From: Eledone cirrhosa
Lineage: Eukaryota
Direction: 5' to 3'
DNA length: 64,000 nucleotides
Assembly (NCBI GenBank): GCA_964016885.1
Contig: OZ024752.1
Span: 27,218,001 to 27,282,000 of the forward strand
Made by a program: the position numbers and the translations under genes. The notes under the pieces were generated by a model that saw nothing but the letters and a program-made list of their open reading frames with translations, did no database searches and was not told the origin of the DNA. Shown in pieces: positions 23,101-38,100 of this stretch. Within the stretch, counting starts at the first letter, position 1. The number at the start of each line of letters is the position of its first letter.

Positions 23101-26100
23101 CGGCTATCAACACACAATGTGTGGAACTAGTACCGACTTCGTCTATCAACACACAAACTGTGGAACTAGTACCAACTTCGTCTATCAACACACAAACTGT
23201 GGAATTAGTACCAACTTCGTCTATCAACACACAAACTATGGAACTAGTACCAACTTCGTCTATCAACACACAAACTGTGGAACTAGTACCAACTTCGGCT
23301 ATCAACACACAAACTGTGGAACTAGTACAGACTTCGTCTATCAACACACAAACTGTGGGACTAGTACCGACTTCGGCTATCAACACACAAATTGTGGAAC
23401 TAGTACCAACTTCGACTATCAACACACAAACTGTGGAACTAGTACCAACTTCTTCTATCAACACACAAACTGTGGAACTAGTACCAACTTCGACTATCAA
23501 CACACAAACTGTGGAACAAGTACCTACTTCGACTATCAACACACAAACTGTGGAACTAGTACCAACTTCGGCTATCAACACACAAACTGTGGATCTAGTA
23601 CCAACTTCGTCTATTAACACAGAAACTGTGGAACTAGTACCAACTTCTTCTATCAACACACAAACTGTGCAACTAGTACCAACTTCGGCTATCAACACAC
23701 AAACTCTGGAATTAGTACCAACTTCTTCTATCAACACACAAACTGTGCAACTAGTACCAACTTCGTCTATCAACACACAAACTGTGGAACTAGTACCAAC
23801 TTCCTCTATCAACACACAAACTGTGGAACTAGTACCAACTTCGGCTATCAACACACAACCTGACGAACTAGTACCAACCTCGTCTATCAACACACAAACT
23901 GTGGAACGAGTACCAACTTCGGATGTCAACACACAAACTGTGGAACTAGTACCAACTTCGGCTATCAACACACAAATTGTGGACCTAGTACCAATTTCGT
24001 CTATCCACACACAAACTGTGGAACTAGTACCAACTTCGGTTGTCAACACACAAACTGTGGAGCTAGTACCAACTTCGTCTATCAAGACGCAAACTGTGGA
24101 ACTAGTACCAACTTCGGCTATCAACACACAATGTGTGGAACTAGTACCAACTTCGTCTATCAACACACAAACTGTGGAACTAGTACCAACTTCGGCTATC
24201 AACACACAATCTGTGGAATTAGTACCAACTTCGTCTATCAACACACAAACTGTGGAACTAGTACCAACTTCGTCTATCAACACACAAGCTGTGGAATTAG
24301 TACAAACTTCGTCTATCAACACACAAACTGTGGAACTAGTACCAACTTCGTCTATCAACACACAATCTGTGGAACTAGTACCAACTTCGTCTATCAACAC
24401 ACAAACTGTGGAACTAGTACAGACTTCGTCTATCAACACACAAATTGTGGAACTAGTACCAACTTCGACTATCAACACACAAATTGTGGAACTAGTACCA
24501 ACTTCGACTATCAACACACAAACTGTGGAATTAGTACCAACTTCTTCTATCAACACACAAACTGTGGAACTAGTACCAACTTCGGCTATCAACACACAAT
24601 CTGTGGAATTAGAACCAACTTCGTCTATCAACACACAAACTGTGGACCTGGTACCAACTTCGGCTATCAACACACAATCTGTGGAACTAGTCTCAACTTC
24701 GTCTATCAACACACAAACTGTGGAACTAGTACCAACTTCGGCTATCAACACACAAACTGTGGAACTAGTACCAACTTCGTCTATCAACACACAAACTGTG
24801 GAACTAGTACCAACTTCGTCTATCAACACACAAACTGTGGAACTAGTACCAACTTCGACTATCAACACACAAACTGTGGAACTAGTACCAACTTTGGCTA
24901 TCAACACACAGACTGTGGAACTACTACCAACTTTGGCTATCAACACACAACCTGACGAACTAGTACCAACCTCGTCTATCAACACACAAACTGTGGAACT
25001 AGTACCAACTTCGGATGTCAACACACAAACTGTGGAACTAGTACCAACTTCGGCTATCAACACACAAACTGTGGACCTAGTACCAATTTCGTCTATCCAC
25101 ACACAAACTGTGGAACTAGTACCAACTTCGGTTATCAACACACAAACTGTGGAGCTAGTACCAACTATGTCTATCAAGACACAAACTGTGGAACTAGTAC
25201 CAACTTCGGCTATCAACACACAATGTGTGGAACTAGTACCGACTTCGTCTATCAACACACAAACTGTGGAACTAGTACCAACTTCGTCTATCAACACACA
25301 AACTGTGGAATTAGTACCAACTTCGTCTATCAACACACAAACTATGGAACTAGTACCAACTTCGTCTATCAACACACAAACTGTGGAACTAGTACCAACT
25401 TCGGCTATCAACACACAAACTGTGGAACTAGTACAGACTTCGTCTATCAACACACAAACTGTGGGACTAGTACCGACTTCGGCTATCAACACACAAATTG
25501 TGGAACTAGTACCAACTTCGACTATCAACACACAAACTGTGGAACTAGTACCAACTTCTTCTATCAACACACAAACTGTGGAACTAGTACCAACTTCGAC
25601 TATCAACACACAAACTGTGGAACAAGTACCTACTTCGACTATCAACACACAAACTGTGGAACTAGTACCAACTTCGACTATCAACACACAAACTGTGGAT
25701 CTAGTACCAACTTCGTCTATTAACACAGAAACTGTGGAACTAGTACCAACTTCTTCTATCAACACACAAACTGTGCAACTAGTACCAACTTCGGCTATCA
25801 ACACACAAACTCTGGAATTAGTACCAACTTCTTCTATCAACACACAAACTGTGCAACTAGTACCAACTTCGGCTATCAACACACAAACAATGGAACTAGT
25901 ACCAACTTCGTCTATCAACACACAAACTGTGGAACTAGTACCAACTTCTTCTATCAACACACAAACTGTGGAACTAGTACCAACTTCGACTATCAACACA
26001 CAAACTTTGGAACTAGTACCAACTTCTTCTATCAACACACAAACTGTGCAACTGGTACCAACTTCGGCTATCAACACACAAACTGTGGAACTAGTACCAA

Positions 26101-29100
26101 CTTCGACTATCAACACACAAACTGTGGAACTAGTACCAACTTCTTCTATCAACACACAAACTGTGCAACTGGTACCAACCTCGGCTATCAACACAGAAAC
26201 TGTGGAACTAGTACAAACTTCGTGTATCAACACGCAAACTGTGGAACTAGTACCAACTTCTATCAACACACAAACTGTGCAACTAGTACCAACTTCGTCT
26301 ATCAACACACAAACTGTGGAACTAGTACCAACTTCGGCTATCAACACACAAACTGTGGAACTAGTACCAACTTCGGCTATCAACGCACAAACTGTGCAAC
26401 TATTACCAACTTCGGCTATCAACACACAAACTGTGGAACTAGTACAAACTTCTAGTATCAACACACAAACTGTGGAACTAGTACCAACTTCGGCTATCAA
26501 CACACAAACTGCGGAACTAGTACCAACTTCGGCTATCAACACACAAACTGTGGACCTAGTGCCAACGTCGTCTATCAACACACAAACTGTGGAACTAGTA
26601 CCAACTTCGTCTATCAACACACAAACTGTGGAACTAGTACCAGCTTCGGCTATCAACAGACAAACTGTAGAACTAGTACCAACTTCGTCTATCAACACAC
26701 AAACTGTGGAACTAGTACCAACTTCGTCTATCAACACACACTGTGAAACTAGTGCCAACTTCTTTATCAACACACAAACTGTGCAACTAGTACCAACTTC
26801 GGCTATCAACACACAAACTGTGGAACTAGTACCAACTACAGCTATCAACACACATTCTCTGGAACTAGTACCAGCTTCGTCTATCAACACACAAACTGTG
26901 GAACTAGTACAAACTTCGTGTATCAACACACAAACTGTGGAACTAGTACCAACTTCGGCTATCAACACACAAAATGTGGAACTAGTACCAACTTCGGCTA
27001 TCAACACACAAACTGTGGAACTAGTACCAACTTTGGCTATCAACACACAAACTGTGGAACTAGTACCAACTTTGGCTATCAACACACAACCTGACGAACT
27101 AGTACCAACCTCGTCTATCAACACACAAACTGTGGAACTAGTACCAACTTCGGATGTCAACACACAAACTGTGGAGCTAGTACCAACTTCGGCTATCAAC
27201 ACACAAACTGTGGACCTAGTACCAATTTCGTCTATCCACACACAAACTGTGGAACTAGTACCAACTTCGGTTATCAACACACAAACTGTGGAGCTAGTAC
27301 CAACTTCGTCTATCAAGACACAAACTGTGGAACTAGTACCAACTTCGGCTATCAACACACAATGTGTGGAACTAGTACCAACTTCGTCTATCAACACACA
27401 AACTGTGGAACTAGTACCAACTTCGACTATCAACACACAAACTGTGGAATTAGTACCAACTTCTTCTATCAACACACAAACTGTGGAACTAGTACCAACT
27501 TCGGCTATCAACACACAATCTGTGGAATTAGAACCAACTTCGTCTATCAACACACAAACTGTGGACCTGGTACCAACTTCGGCTATCAACACACAATCTG
27601 TGGAACTAGTCTCAACTTCGTCTATCAACACACAAACTGTGGAACTAGTACCAACTTCGGCTATCAACACACAAACTGTGGAACTAGTACCAACTTCGTC
27701 TATCAACACACAAACTGTAGAACTAGTACCAACTTCGACTATCAACACACAAACTGTGGAACTAGTACCAACTTTGGCTATCAACACACAAACTGTGGAA
27801 CTAGTACCAACTTTGGCTATCAACACACAACCTGACGAATTAGTACCAACCTCGTCTATCAACACACAAACTGTGGAACGAGTACCAACTTCGGATGTCA
27901 ACACACAAACTGTGGAACTAGTACCAACTTCGGCTATCAACACACAAATTGTGGACCTAGTACCAATTTCGTCTATCCACACACAAACTGTGGAACTAGT
28001 ACCAACTTCGGTTGTCAACACACAAACTGTGGAGCTAGTACCAACTTCGTCTATCAAGACGCAAACTGTGGAACTAGTACCAACTTCGGCTATCAACACA
28101 CAATGTGTGGAACTAGTACCAACTTCGTCTATCAACACACAAACTGTGGAACTAGTACCAACTTCGGCTATCAACACACAATCTGTGGAATTAGTACCAA
28201 CTTCGTCTATCAACACACAAACTGTGGAACTAGTACCAACTTCGTCTATCAACACACAATCTGTGGAACTAGTACCAACTTCGTCTATCAACACACAAAC
28301 TGTGGAACTAGTACAGACTTCGTCTATCAACACACAAATTGTGGAACTAGTACCAACTTCGACTATCAACACACAAATTGTGGAACTAGTACCAACTTCG
28401 ACTATCAACACACAAACTGTGGAATTAGTACCAACTTCTTCTATCAACACACAAACTGTGGAACTAGTACCAACTTCAGCTATCAACACACAATCTGTGG
28501 AATTAGAACCAACTTCGTCTATTAACACACAAACTGTGGACCTGGTACCAACTTCGGCTATCAACACAAAATAATTGGAACTAGTCTCAACTTCGTCTAT
28601 CAACACACAAACTGTGGAACTAGTACCAACTTCGGCTATCAACACACAAACTGTGGAACTAGTACCAACTTCGTCTAGCAACACACAAACTGTGGAACTA
28701 GTACCAACTTCGTCTATCAACACACAAACTGTGGAACTAGTACCAACTTCGACTATCAACACACAAACTGTGGAACTAGTACCAACTTTGGCTATCAACA
28801 CACAGACTGTGGAACTAGTACCAACTTTGGCTATCAACACACAACCTGACGAACTAGTACCAACCTCGTCTATCAACACACAAACTGTGGAACTAGTACC
28901 AACTTCGGATGTCAACACACAAACTGTGGAACTAGTACCAACTTCGGCTATCAACACACAAACTGTGGACCTAGTACCAATTTCGTCTATCCACACACAA
29001 ACTGTGGAACTAGTACCAACTTCGGTTATCAACACACAAACTGTGGAGCTAGTACCAACTATGTCTATCAAGACACAAACTGTGGAACTAGTACCAACTT

Positions 29101-32100
29101 CGGCTATCAACACACAATGTGTGGAACTAGTACCGACTTCGTCTATCAACACACAAACTGTGGAACTAGTACCAACTTCGTCTATCAACACACAAACTGT
29201 GGAATTAGTACCAACTTCGTCTATCAACACACAAACTATGGAACTAGTACCAACTTCGTCTATCAACACACAAACTGTGGTACTAGTACCAACTTCGGCT
29301 ATCAACACACAAACTGTGGAACTAGTACAGACTTCGTCTATCAACACACAAACTGTGGGACTAGTACCGACTTCGGCTATCAACACACAAATTGTGGAAC
29401 TAGTACCAACTTCGACTATCAACACACAAACTGTGGAACTAGTACCAACTTCTTCTATCAACACACAAACTGTGGAACTAGTACCAACTTCGACTATCAA
29501 CACACAAACTGTGGAACAAGTACCAACTTCGACTATCAACACACAAACTGTGGAACTAGTACCAACTTCTTCTATCAACACACAAACTGTGCAACTAGTA
29601 CCAACTTCGGCTATCAACACACAAACTCTGGAACTAGTACCAACTTCTTCTATCAACACACAAACTGTGCAACTAGTACCAACTTCGGCTATCAACACAC
29701 AAACAATGGAACTAGTACCAACTTCGTCTATCAACACACAAACTGTGGAACTAGTACCAACTTCGGCTATCAACACACAATCTGTGGAATTAGTACCAAC
29801 TTCGTCTATCAACACACAAACTGTGGAACTAGTACCAACTTCGTCTATCAACACACAATCTGTGGAACTAGTACCAACTTCGTCTATCAACACACAAACT
29901 GTGGAACTAGTACAGACTTCGTCTATCAACACAAATTGTGGAACTAGTACCAACTTCGACTATCAACACACAAATTGTGGAACTAGTACCAACTTCGACT
30001 ATCAACACACAAACTGTGGAATTAGTACCAACTTCTTCTATCAACACACAAACTGTGGAACTAGTACCAACTTCGGCTATCAACACACAATCTGTGGAAT
30101 TAGAACCAACTTCGTCTATCAACACACAAACTGTGGACCTGGTACCAACTTCGGCTATCAACACACAATCTGTGGAACTAGTCTCAACTTCGTCTATCAA
30201 CACACAAACTGTGGAACTAGTACCAACTTCGGCTATCAACACACAAACTGTGGAACTAGTACCAACTTCGTCTAGCAACACACAAACTGTGGAACTAGTA
30301 CCAACTTCGACTATCAACACACAAACTGTGGAACTAGTACCAACTTTGGCTATCAACACACAGACTGTGGAACTAGTACCAACTTTGGCTATCAACACAC
30401 AACCTGACGAACTAGTACCAACCTCGTCTATCAACACACAAACTGTGGAACTAGTACCAACTTCGGATGTCAACACACAAACTGTGGAACTAGTACCAAC
30501 TTCGGCTATCAACACACAAACTGTGGACCTAGTACCAATTTCGTCTATCCACACACAAACTGTGGAACTAGTACCAACTTCGGTTATCAACACACAAACT
30601 GTGGAGCTAGTACCAACTATGTCTATCAAGACACAAACTGTGGAACTAGTACCAACTTCGGCTATCAACACACAATGTGTGGAACTAGTACCGACTTCGT
30701 CTATCAACACACAAACTGTGGAACTAGTACCAACTTCGTCTATCAACACACAAACTGTGGAATTAGTACCAACTTCGTCTATCAACACACAAACTATGGA
30801 ACTAGTACCAACTTCGTCTATCAACACACAAACTGTGGTACTAGTACCAACTTCGGCTATCAACACACAAACTGTGGAACTAGTACAGACTTCGTCTATC
30901 AACACACAAACTGTGGGACTAGTACCGACTTCGGCTATCAACACACAAATTGTGGAACTAGTACCAACTTCGACTATCAACACACAAACTGTGGAACTAG
31001 TACCAACTTCTTCTATCAACACACAAACTGTGGAACTAGTACCAACTTCGACTATCAACACACAAACTGTGGAACAAGTACCAACTTCGACTATCAACAC
31101 ACAAACTGTGGAACTAGTACCAACTTCTTCTATCAACACACAAACTGTGCAACTAGTACCAACTTCGGCTATCAACACACAAACTCTGGAACTAGTACCA
31201 ACTTCTTCTATCAACACACAAACTGTGCAACTAGTACCAACTTCGGCTATCAACACACAAACAATGGAACTAGTACCAACTTCGTCTATCAACACACAAA
31301 CTGTGGAACTAGTACCAACTTCTTCTATCAACACACAAACTGTGGAACTAGTACCAACTTCGACTATCAACACACAAACTTTGGAACTAGTACCAACTTC
31401 TTCTATCAACACACAAACTGTGCAACTGGTACCAACTTCGGCTATCAACACACAAACTGTGGAACTAGTACCAACTTCGACTATCAACACACAAACTGTG
31501 GAACTAGTACCAACTTCTTCTATCAACACACAAACTGTGCAACTATTACCAACCTCGGCTATCAACACAGAAACTGTGGAACTAGTACAAACTTCGTGTA
31601 TCAACACGCAAACTGTGGAACTAGTACCAACTTCTATCAACACACAAACTGTGCAACTAGTACCAACTTCGTCTATCAACACACAAACTGTGGAACTAGT
31701 ACCAACTTCGGCTATCAACACACAAACTGTGGAACTAGTACCAACTTCGGCTATCAACGCACAAACTGTGCAACTATTACCAACTTCGGCTATCAACACA
31801 CAAACTGTGGAACTAGTACAAACTTCTAGTATCAACACACAAACTGTGGAACTAGTACCAACTTCAGCTATCAACACACAAACTGTGGAACTAGTACCAA
31901 CTTCGGCTATCAACACACAAACTGTGGACCTAGTGCCAACGTCGTCTATCAACACACAAACTGTGGAACTAGTACCAACTTCGTCTATCAACACACAAAC
32001 TGTGGAACTAGTACCAGCTTCGGCTATCAACAGACAAACTGTAGAACTAGTACCAACTTCGTCTATCAACACACAAACTGTGGAACTAGTACCAACTTCG

Positions 32101-35100
32101 TCTATCAACACACAAACTGTGAAACTAGTGCCAACTTCTTTATCAACACACAAACTGTGCAACTAGTACCAACTTCGGCTATCAACACACAAACTGTGGA
32201 ACTAGTACCAACTACAGCTATCAACACACATTCTCTGGAACTAGTACCAGCTTCGTCTATCAACACACAAACTGTGGAACTAGTACAAACTTCGTGTATC
32301 AACACACAAACTGTGGAACTAGTACCAACTTCGGCTATCAACACACAAAATGTGGAACTAGTACCAACTTCGGCTATCAACACAAAAACTGTGGAACTAG
32401 TACCAACTTTGGCTATCAACACACAAACTGTGGAACTAGTACCAACTTTGGCTATCAACACACAACCTGACGAACTAGTACCAACCTCGTCTATCAACAC
32501 ACAAACTGTGGAACTAGTACCAACTTCGGATGTCAACACACAAACTGTGGAGCTAGTACCAACTTCGGCTATCAACACACAAACTGTGGACCTAGTACCA
32601 ATTTCGTCTATCCACACACAAACTGTGGAACTAGTACCAACTTCGGTTATCAACACACAAACTGTGGAGCTAGTACCAACTTCGTCTATCAAGACACAAA
32701 CTGTGGAACTAGTACCACCTTCGGCTATCAACACACAATGTGTGGAACTAGTACCAACTTCGTCTATCAACACACAAACTGTGGAACTAGTACCAACTTC
32801 GTCTATCAACACACAAACTGTGGAATTAGTACCAACTTCGTCTATCAACACACAAACTGTGGAACTAGTACCAACTTCCTCTATCAACACACAAACTGTG
32901 GAACTAGTACCAACTTCGGCTATCAACACACAAACTGTGGAACTAGTACAGACTTCGTCTATCAACACACAAACTGTGGAACTAGTACCGACTTCGGCTA
33001 TCAACACACAAATTGTGGAACTAGTACCCACTTCGACTATCAACACACAAACTGTGGAATTAGTACCAACTTCGTCTATCAACACACAAACTGTGGAACT
33101 AGTACCAACTTCTTCTATCAACACACAAATTGTGGACCTAGTACCAATTTCGTCTATCCACACACAAACTGTGGAACTAGTACCAACTTCGGTTGTCAAC
33201 ACACAAACTGTGGAGCTAGTACCAACTTCGTCTATCAAGACACAAACTGTGGAACTAGTACCAACTTCGGCTATCAACACACAATGTGTGGAACTAGTAC
33301 CAACTTCGTCTATCAACACACAAACTGTGGAACTAGTACCAACTTCGGCTATCAACACACAATCTGTGGAATTAGTACCAACTTCGTCTATCAACACACA
33401 AACTGTGGAACTAGTACCAACTTCGTCTATCAACACACAAGCTGTGGAATTAGTACAAACTTCGTCTATCAACACACAAACTGTGGAACTAGTACCAACT
33501 TCGTCTATCAACACACAAACTGTGGAACTAGTACCAACTTCGTCTATCAACACACAAACTGTGGAACTAGTACAGACTTCGTCTATCAACACACAAATTG
33601 TGGAACTAGTACCAACTTCGACTATCAACACACAAATTATGGAACTATTACCAACTTCGACTATCAACACACAAACTGTGGAATTAGTACCAACTTCTTC
33701 TATAAACACACAAACTGTGGAACTAGTACCAACTTCGGCTATCAACACACAATCTGTGGAATTAGAACCAACTTCGTCTATCAACACACAAACTGTGGAC
33801 CTGGTACCAACTTCGGCTATCAACACACAATCTGTGGAACTAGTCTCAACTTCGTCTATCAACACACAAACTGTGGAACTAGTACCAACTTCGGCTATCA
33901 ACACACAAACTGTGGAACTAGTACCAACTTCGTCTATCAACACACAAACTGTGGAACTAGTACCAACTTCGTCTATCAACACACAAACTGTGGAACTAGT
34001 ACCAACTTCGACTATCAACACACAAACTGTGGAACTAGTACCAACTTTGGCTATCAACACACAAACTGTGGAACTAGTACCAACTTTGGCTATCAACACA
34101 CAACCTGACGAACTAGTACCAACCTCGTCTATCAACACACAAACTGTGGAACTAGTACCAACTTCGGATGTCAACACACAAACTGTGGAACTAGTACCAA
34201 CTTCGGCTATCAACACACAAACTGTGGACCTAGTACCAATTTCGTCTATCCACACACAAACTGTGGAACTAGTACCAACTTCGGTTATCAACACACAAAC
34301 TGTGGAGCTAGTACCAACTATGTCTATCAAGACACAAACTGTGGAACTAGTACCAACTTCGGCTATCAACACACAATGTGTGGAACTAGTACCGACTTCG
34401 TCTATCAACACACAAACTGTGGAACTAGTACCAACTTCGTCTATCAACACACAAACTGTGGAATTAGTACCAACTTCGACTATCAACACACAAACTGTGG
34501 AACTAGTACCAACTTCTTCTATCAACACACAAACTGTGGAACTAGTACCAACTTCGACTATCAAAACACAAACTGTGGAACAAGTACCAACTTCGACTAT
34601 CAACACACAAACTGTGGAACTAGTACCAACTTCGTCTATTAACACAGAAACTGTGGAACTAGTACCAACTTCTTCTATCAACACACAAACTGTGCAACTA
34701 GTACCAACTTCGGCTATCAACACACAAACTCTGGAACTAGTACAAACTTCTTCTATCAACACACAAACTGTACAACTAGTACCAACTTCGGCTATCAACA
34801 CACAAACAATGGAACTAGTACCAACTTCGTCTATCAACACACAAACTGTGGAACTAGTACCAACTTCTTCTATCAACACACAAACTGTGGAACTAGTACC
34901 AACTTCGACTATCAACACACAAACTTTGGAACTAGTACCAACTTCTTCTATCAACACACAAACTGTGCAACTGGTACCAACTTCGGCTATCAACACACAA
35001 ACTGTGGAACTAGTACCAACTTCGACTATCAACACACAAACTGTGGAACTAGTACCAACTTCTTCTATCAACAGACAAACTGTGCAACTGGTACCAACCT

Positions 35101-38100
35101 CGGCTATCAACACAGAAACTGTGGAACTAGTACAAACTTCGTGTATCAACACGCAAACTGTGGAACTAGTACCAACTTCTATCAACACACAAACTGTGCA
35201 ACTAGTACCAACTTCGTCTATCAACACACAAACTGTGGAACTAGTACCAACTTCGGCTATCAACACACAAACTGTGGAACTAGTACCAACTTCGGCTATC
35301 AACACACAAACTGTGCAACTATTACCAACTTCGGCTATCAACACACAAACTGTGGAACTAGTACAAACTTCTAGTATCAACACACAAACTGTGGAACTAG
35401 TACCAACTTCGGCTATCAACACACAAACTTCTGGAACTAGTACCAACTTCGGCTATCAACACACAAACTGTGGACCTAGTGCCAACGTTGTCTATCAACA
35501 CACAAACTGTGGAACTAGTACCAACTTCGTCTATCAACACACAAACTGTGGAACTAGTACCAGCTTCGGCTATCAACAAACAAACTGTAGAACTAGTACC
35601 AACTTCGTCTATCAACACACAAACTGTGGAACTAGTACCAACTTCGTCTATCAACACACAAACTGTGAAACTAGTGCCAACTTCTTTATCAACACACAAA
35701 CTGTGCAACTAGTACCAACTTCGGCTATCAACACACAAACTGTGGAACTAGTACCAACTACAGCTATCAACACACATTCTCTGGAACTAGTACCAGCTTC
35801 GTCTATCAACACACAAACTGTGGAACTAGTACAAACTTCGTGTATCAACACACAAACTGTGGAACTAGTACCAACTTCGGCTATCAACACACAAAATGTG
35901 GAACTAGTACCAACTTCGGCTATCAACACACAAACTGTGGAACTAGTACCAACTTTGGCTATCAACACACAAACTGTGGAACTAGTACCAACTTTGGCTA
36001 TCAACAGACAACCTGACGAACTAGTACCAACCTCGTCTATCAACACACAAACTGTGGAACTAGAACCAACTTCGGATGTCAACACACAAACTGTGGAGCT
36101 AGTACCAACTTCGGCTATCAACACACAAACTGTGGACCTAGTACCAATTTCGTCTATCCACACACAAACGGTGGAACTAGTACCAACTTCGGTTATCAAC
36201 ACACAAACTGTGGAGCTAGTACCAACTTCGTCTATCAAGACACAAACTGTGGAACTAGTACCAACTTCGTCTATCACCACACAAACTGTGGACCTGGTAC
36301 CAACTTCGGCCATCAACACACAATCTGTGGAACTAGTCTCAACTTCGTCTATCAACACACAAACTGTGGAACTAGTACCAACTTCGGCTATCAACACACA
36401 AACTGTGGAACTAGTACCAACTTCGTCTATCAACACACAAACTGTGGAACTAGTACCAACTTCGTCTATCAACACACAAACTGTGGAACTAGTACCAACT
36501 TCGACTATCAACACACAAACTGTGGAACTAGTACCAACTTTGGCTATCAACACACAAACTGTGGAACTAGTACCAACTTTGGCTATCAACACACAACCTG
36601 ACGAACTAGTACCAACCTCGTCTATCAACACACAAACTGTGGAACTAGTACCAACTTCGGATGTCAACACACAAACTGTGGAACTAGTACCAACTTCGGC
36701 TATCAACACACAAACTGTGGACCTAGTACCAATTTCGTCTATCCACACACAAACTGTGGAACTAGTACCAACTTCGTCTATCAACACACAAACTGTGGAA
36801 CTAGTACCAACTTCTTCTATCAACACACAAACTGTGGAACTAGTACCAACTTCGACTATCAACACACAAACTTTGGAACTAGTACCAACTTCTTCTATCA
36901 ACACACAAACTGTGCAACTGGTACCAACTTCGGCTATCAACACACAAACTGTGGAACTAGTACCAACTTCGACTATCAACACACAAACTGTGGAACTAGT
37001 ACCAACTTCTTCTATCAACACACAAACTGTGCAACTGGTACCAACCTCGGCTATCAACACAGAAACTGTGGAACTAGTACAAACTTCGTGTATCAACACG
37101 CAAACTGTGGAACTAGTACCAACTTCTATCAACACACAAACTGTGGAACTAGTACCAACTTCGTCTATCAACACACAAACTGTGGAACTAGTACCAACTT
37201 CGGCTATCAACACACAAACTGTGGAACTAGTACCAACTTCTTCTATCAACACACAAACTGTGCAACTATTACCAACTTCGGCTATCAACACACAAACTGT
37301 GGAACTAGTACAAACTTCTAGTATCAACACACAAACTGTGGAACTAGTACCAACTTCGGCTATCAACACACAAACTTCTGGAACTAGTACCAACTTCGGC
37401 TATCAACACACAAACTGTGGACCTAGTGCCAACGTCGTCTATCAACACACAAACTGTGGAACTAGTACCAACTTCGTCTATCAACACACAAACTGTGGAA
37501 CTAGTACCAGCTTCGGCTATCAACAGACAAACTGTAGAACTAGTACCAACTTCGTCTATCAACACACAAACTGTGGAACTAGTACCAACTTCGTCTATCA
37601 ACACACAAACTGTGAAACTAGTGCTAACTTCTTTATCAACACACAAACTGTGCAACTAGTACCAACTTCGGCTATCAACACACAAACTGTGGAACTAGTA
37701 CCAACTACAGCTATCAACACACATTCTCTGGAACTAGTACCAGCTTCGTCTATCAACACACAAACTGTGGAACTAGTACAAACTTCGTGTATCAACACAC
37801 AAACTGTGGAACTAGTACCAACTTCGGCTATCAACACACAAAATGTGGAACTAGTACCAACTTCGGCTATCAACACACAAACTGTGGAACTAGTACCAAC
37901 TTTGGCTATCAACACACAAACTGTGGAACTAGTACCAACTTTGGCTATCAACACACAACCTGACGAACTAGTACCAACCTCGTCTATCAACACACAAACT
38001 GTGGAACTAGAACCAACTTCGGATGTCAACACACAAACTGTGGAGCTAGTACCAACTTCGGCTATCAACACACAAACTGTGGACCTAGTACCAATTTCGT

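Noticed and set aside
17069-29953. 4294-aa minus-strand ORF and other giant ORFs as real CDS
   Set aside because: Length follows from a stop-free 39-bp unit. There is no unique N- or C-terminal domain, and starts and ends coincide with indels. Kept only as an open question in findings.
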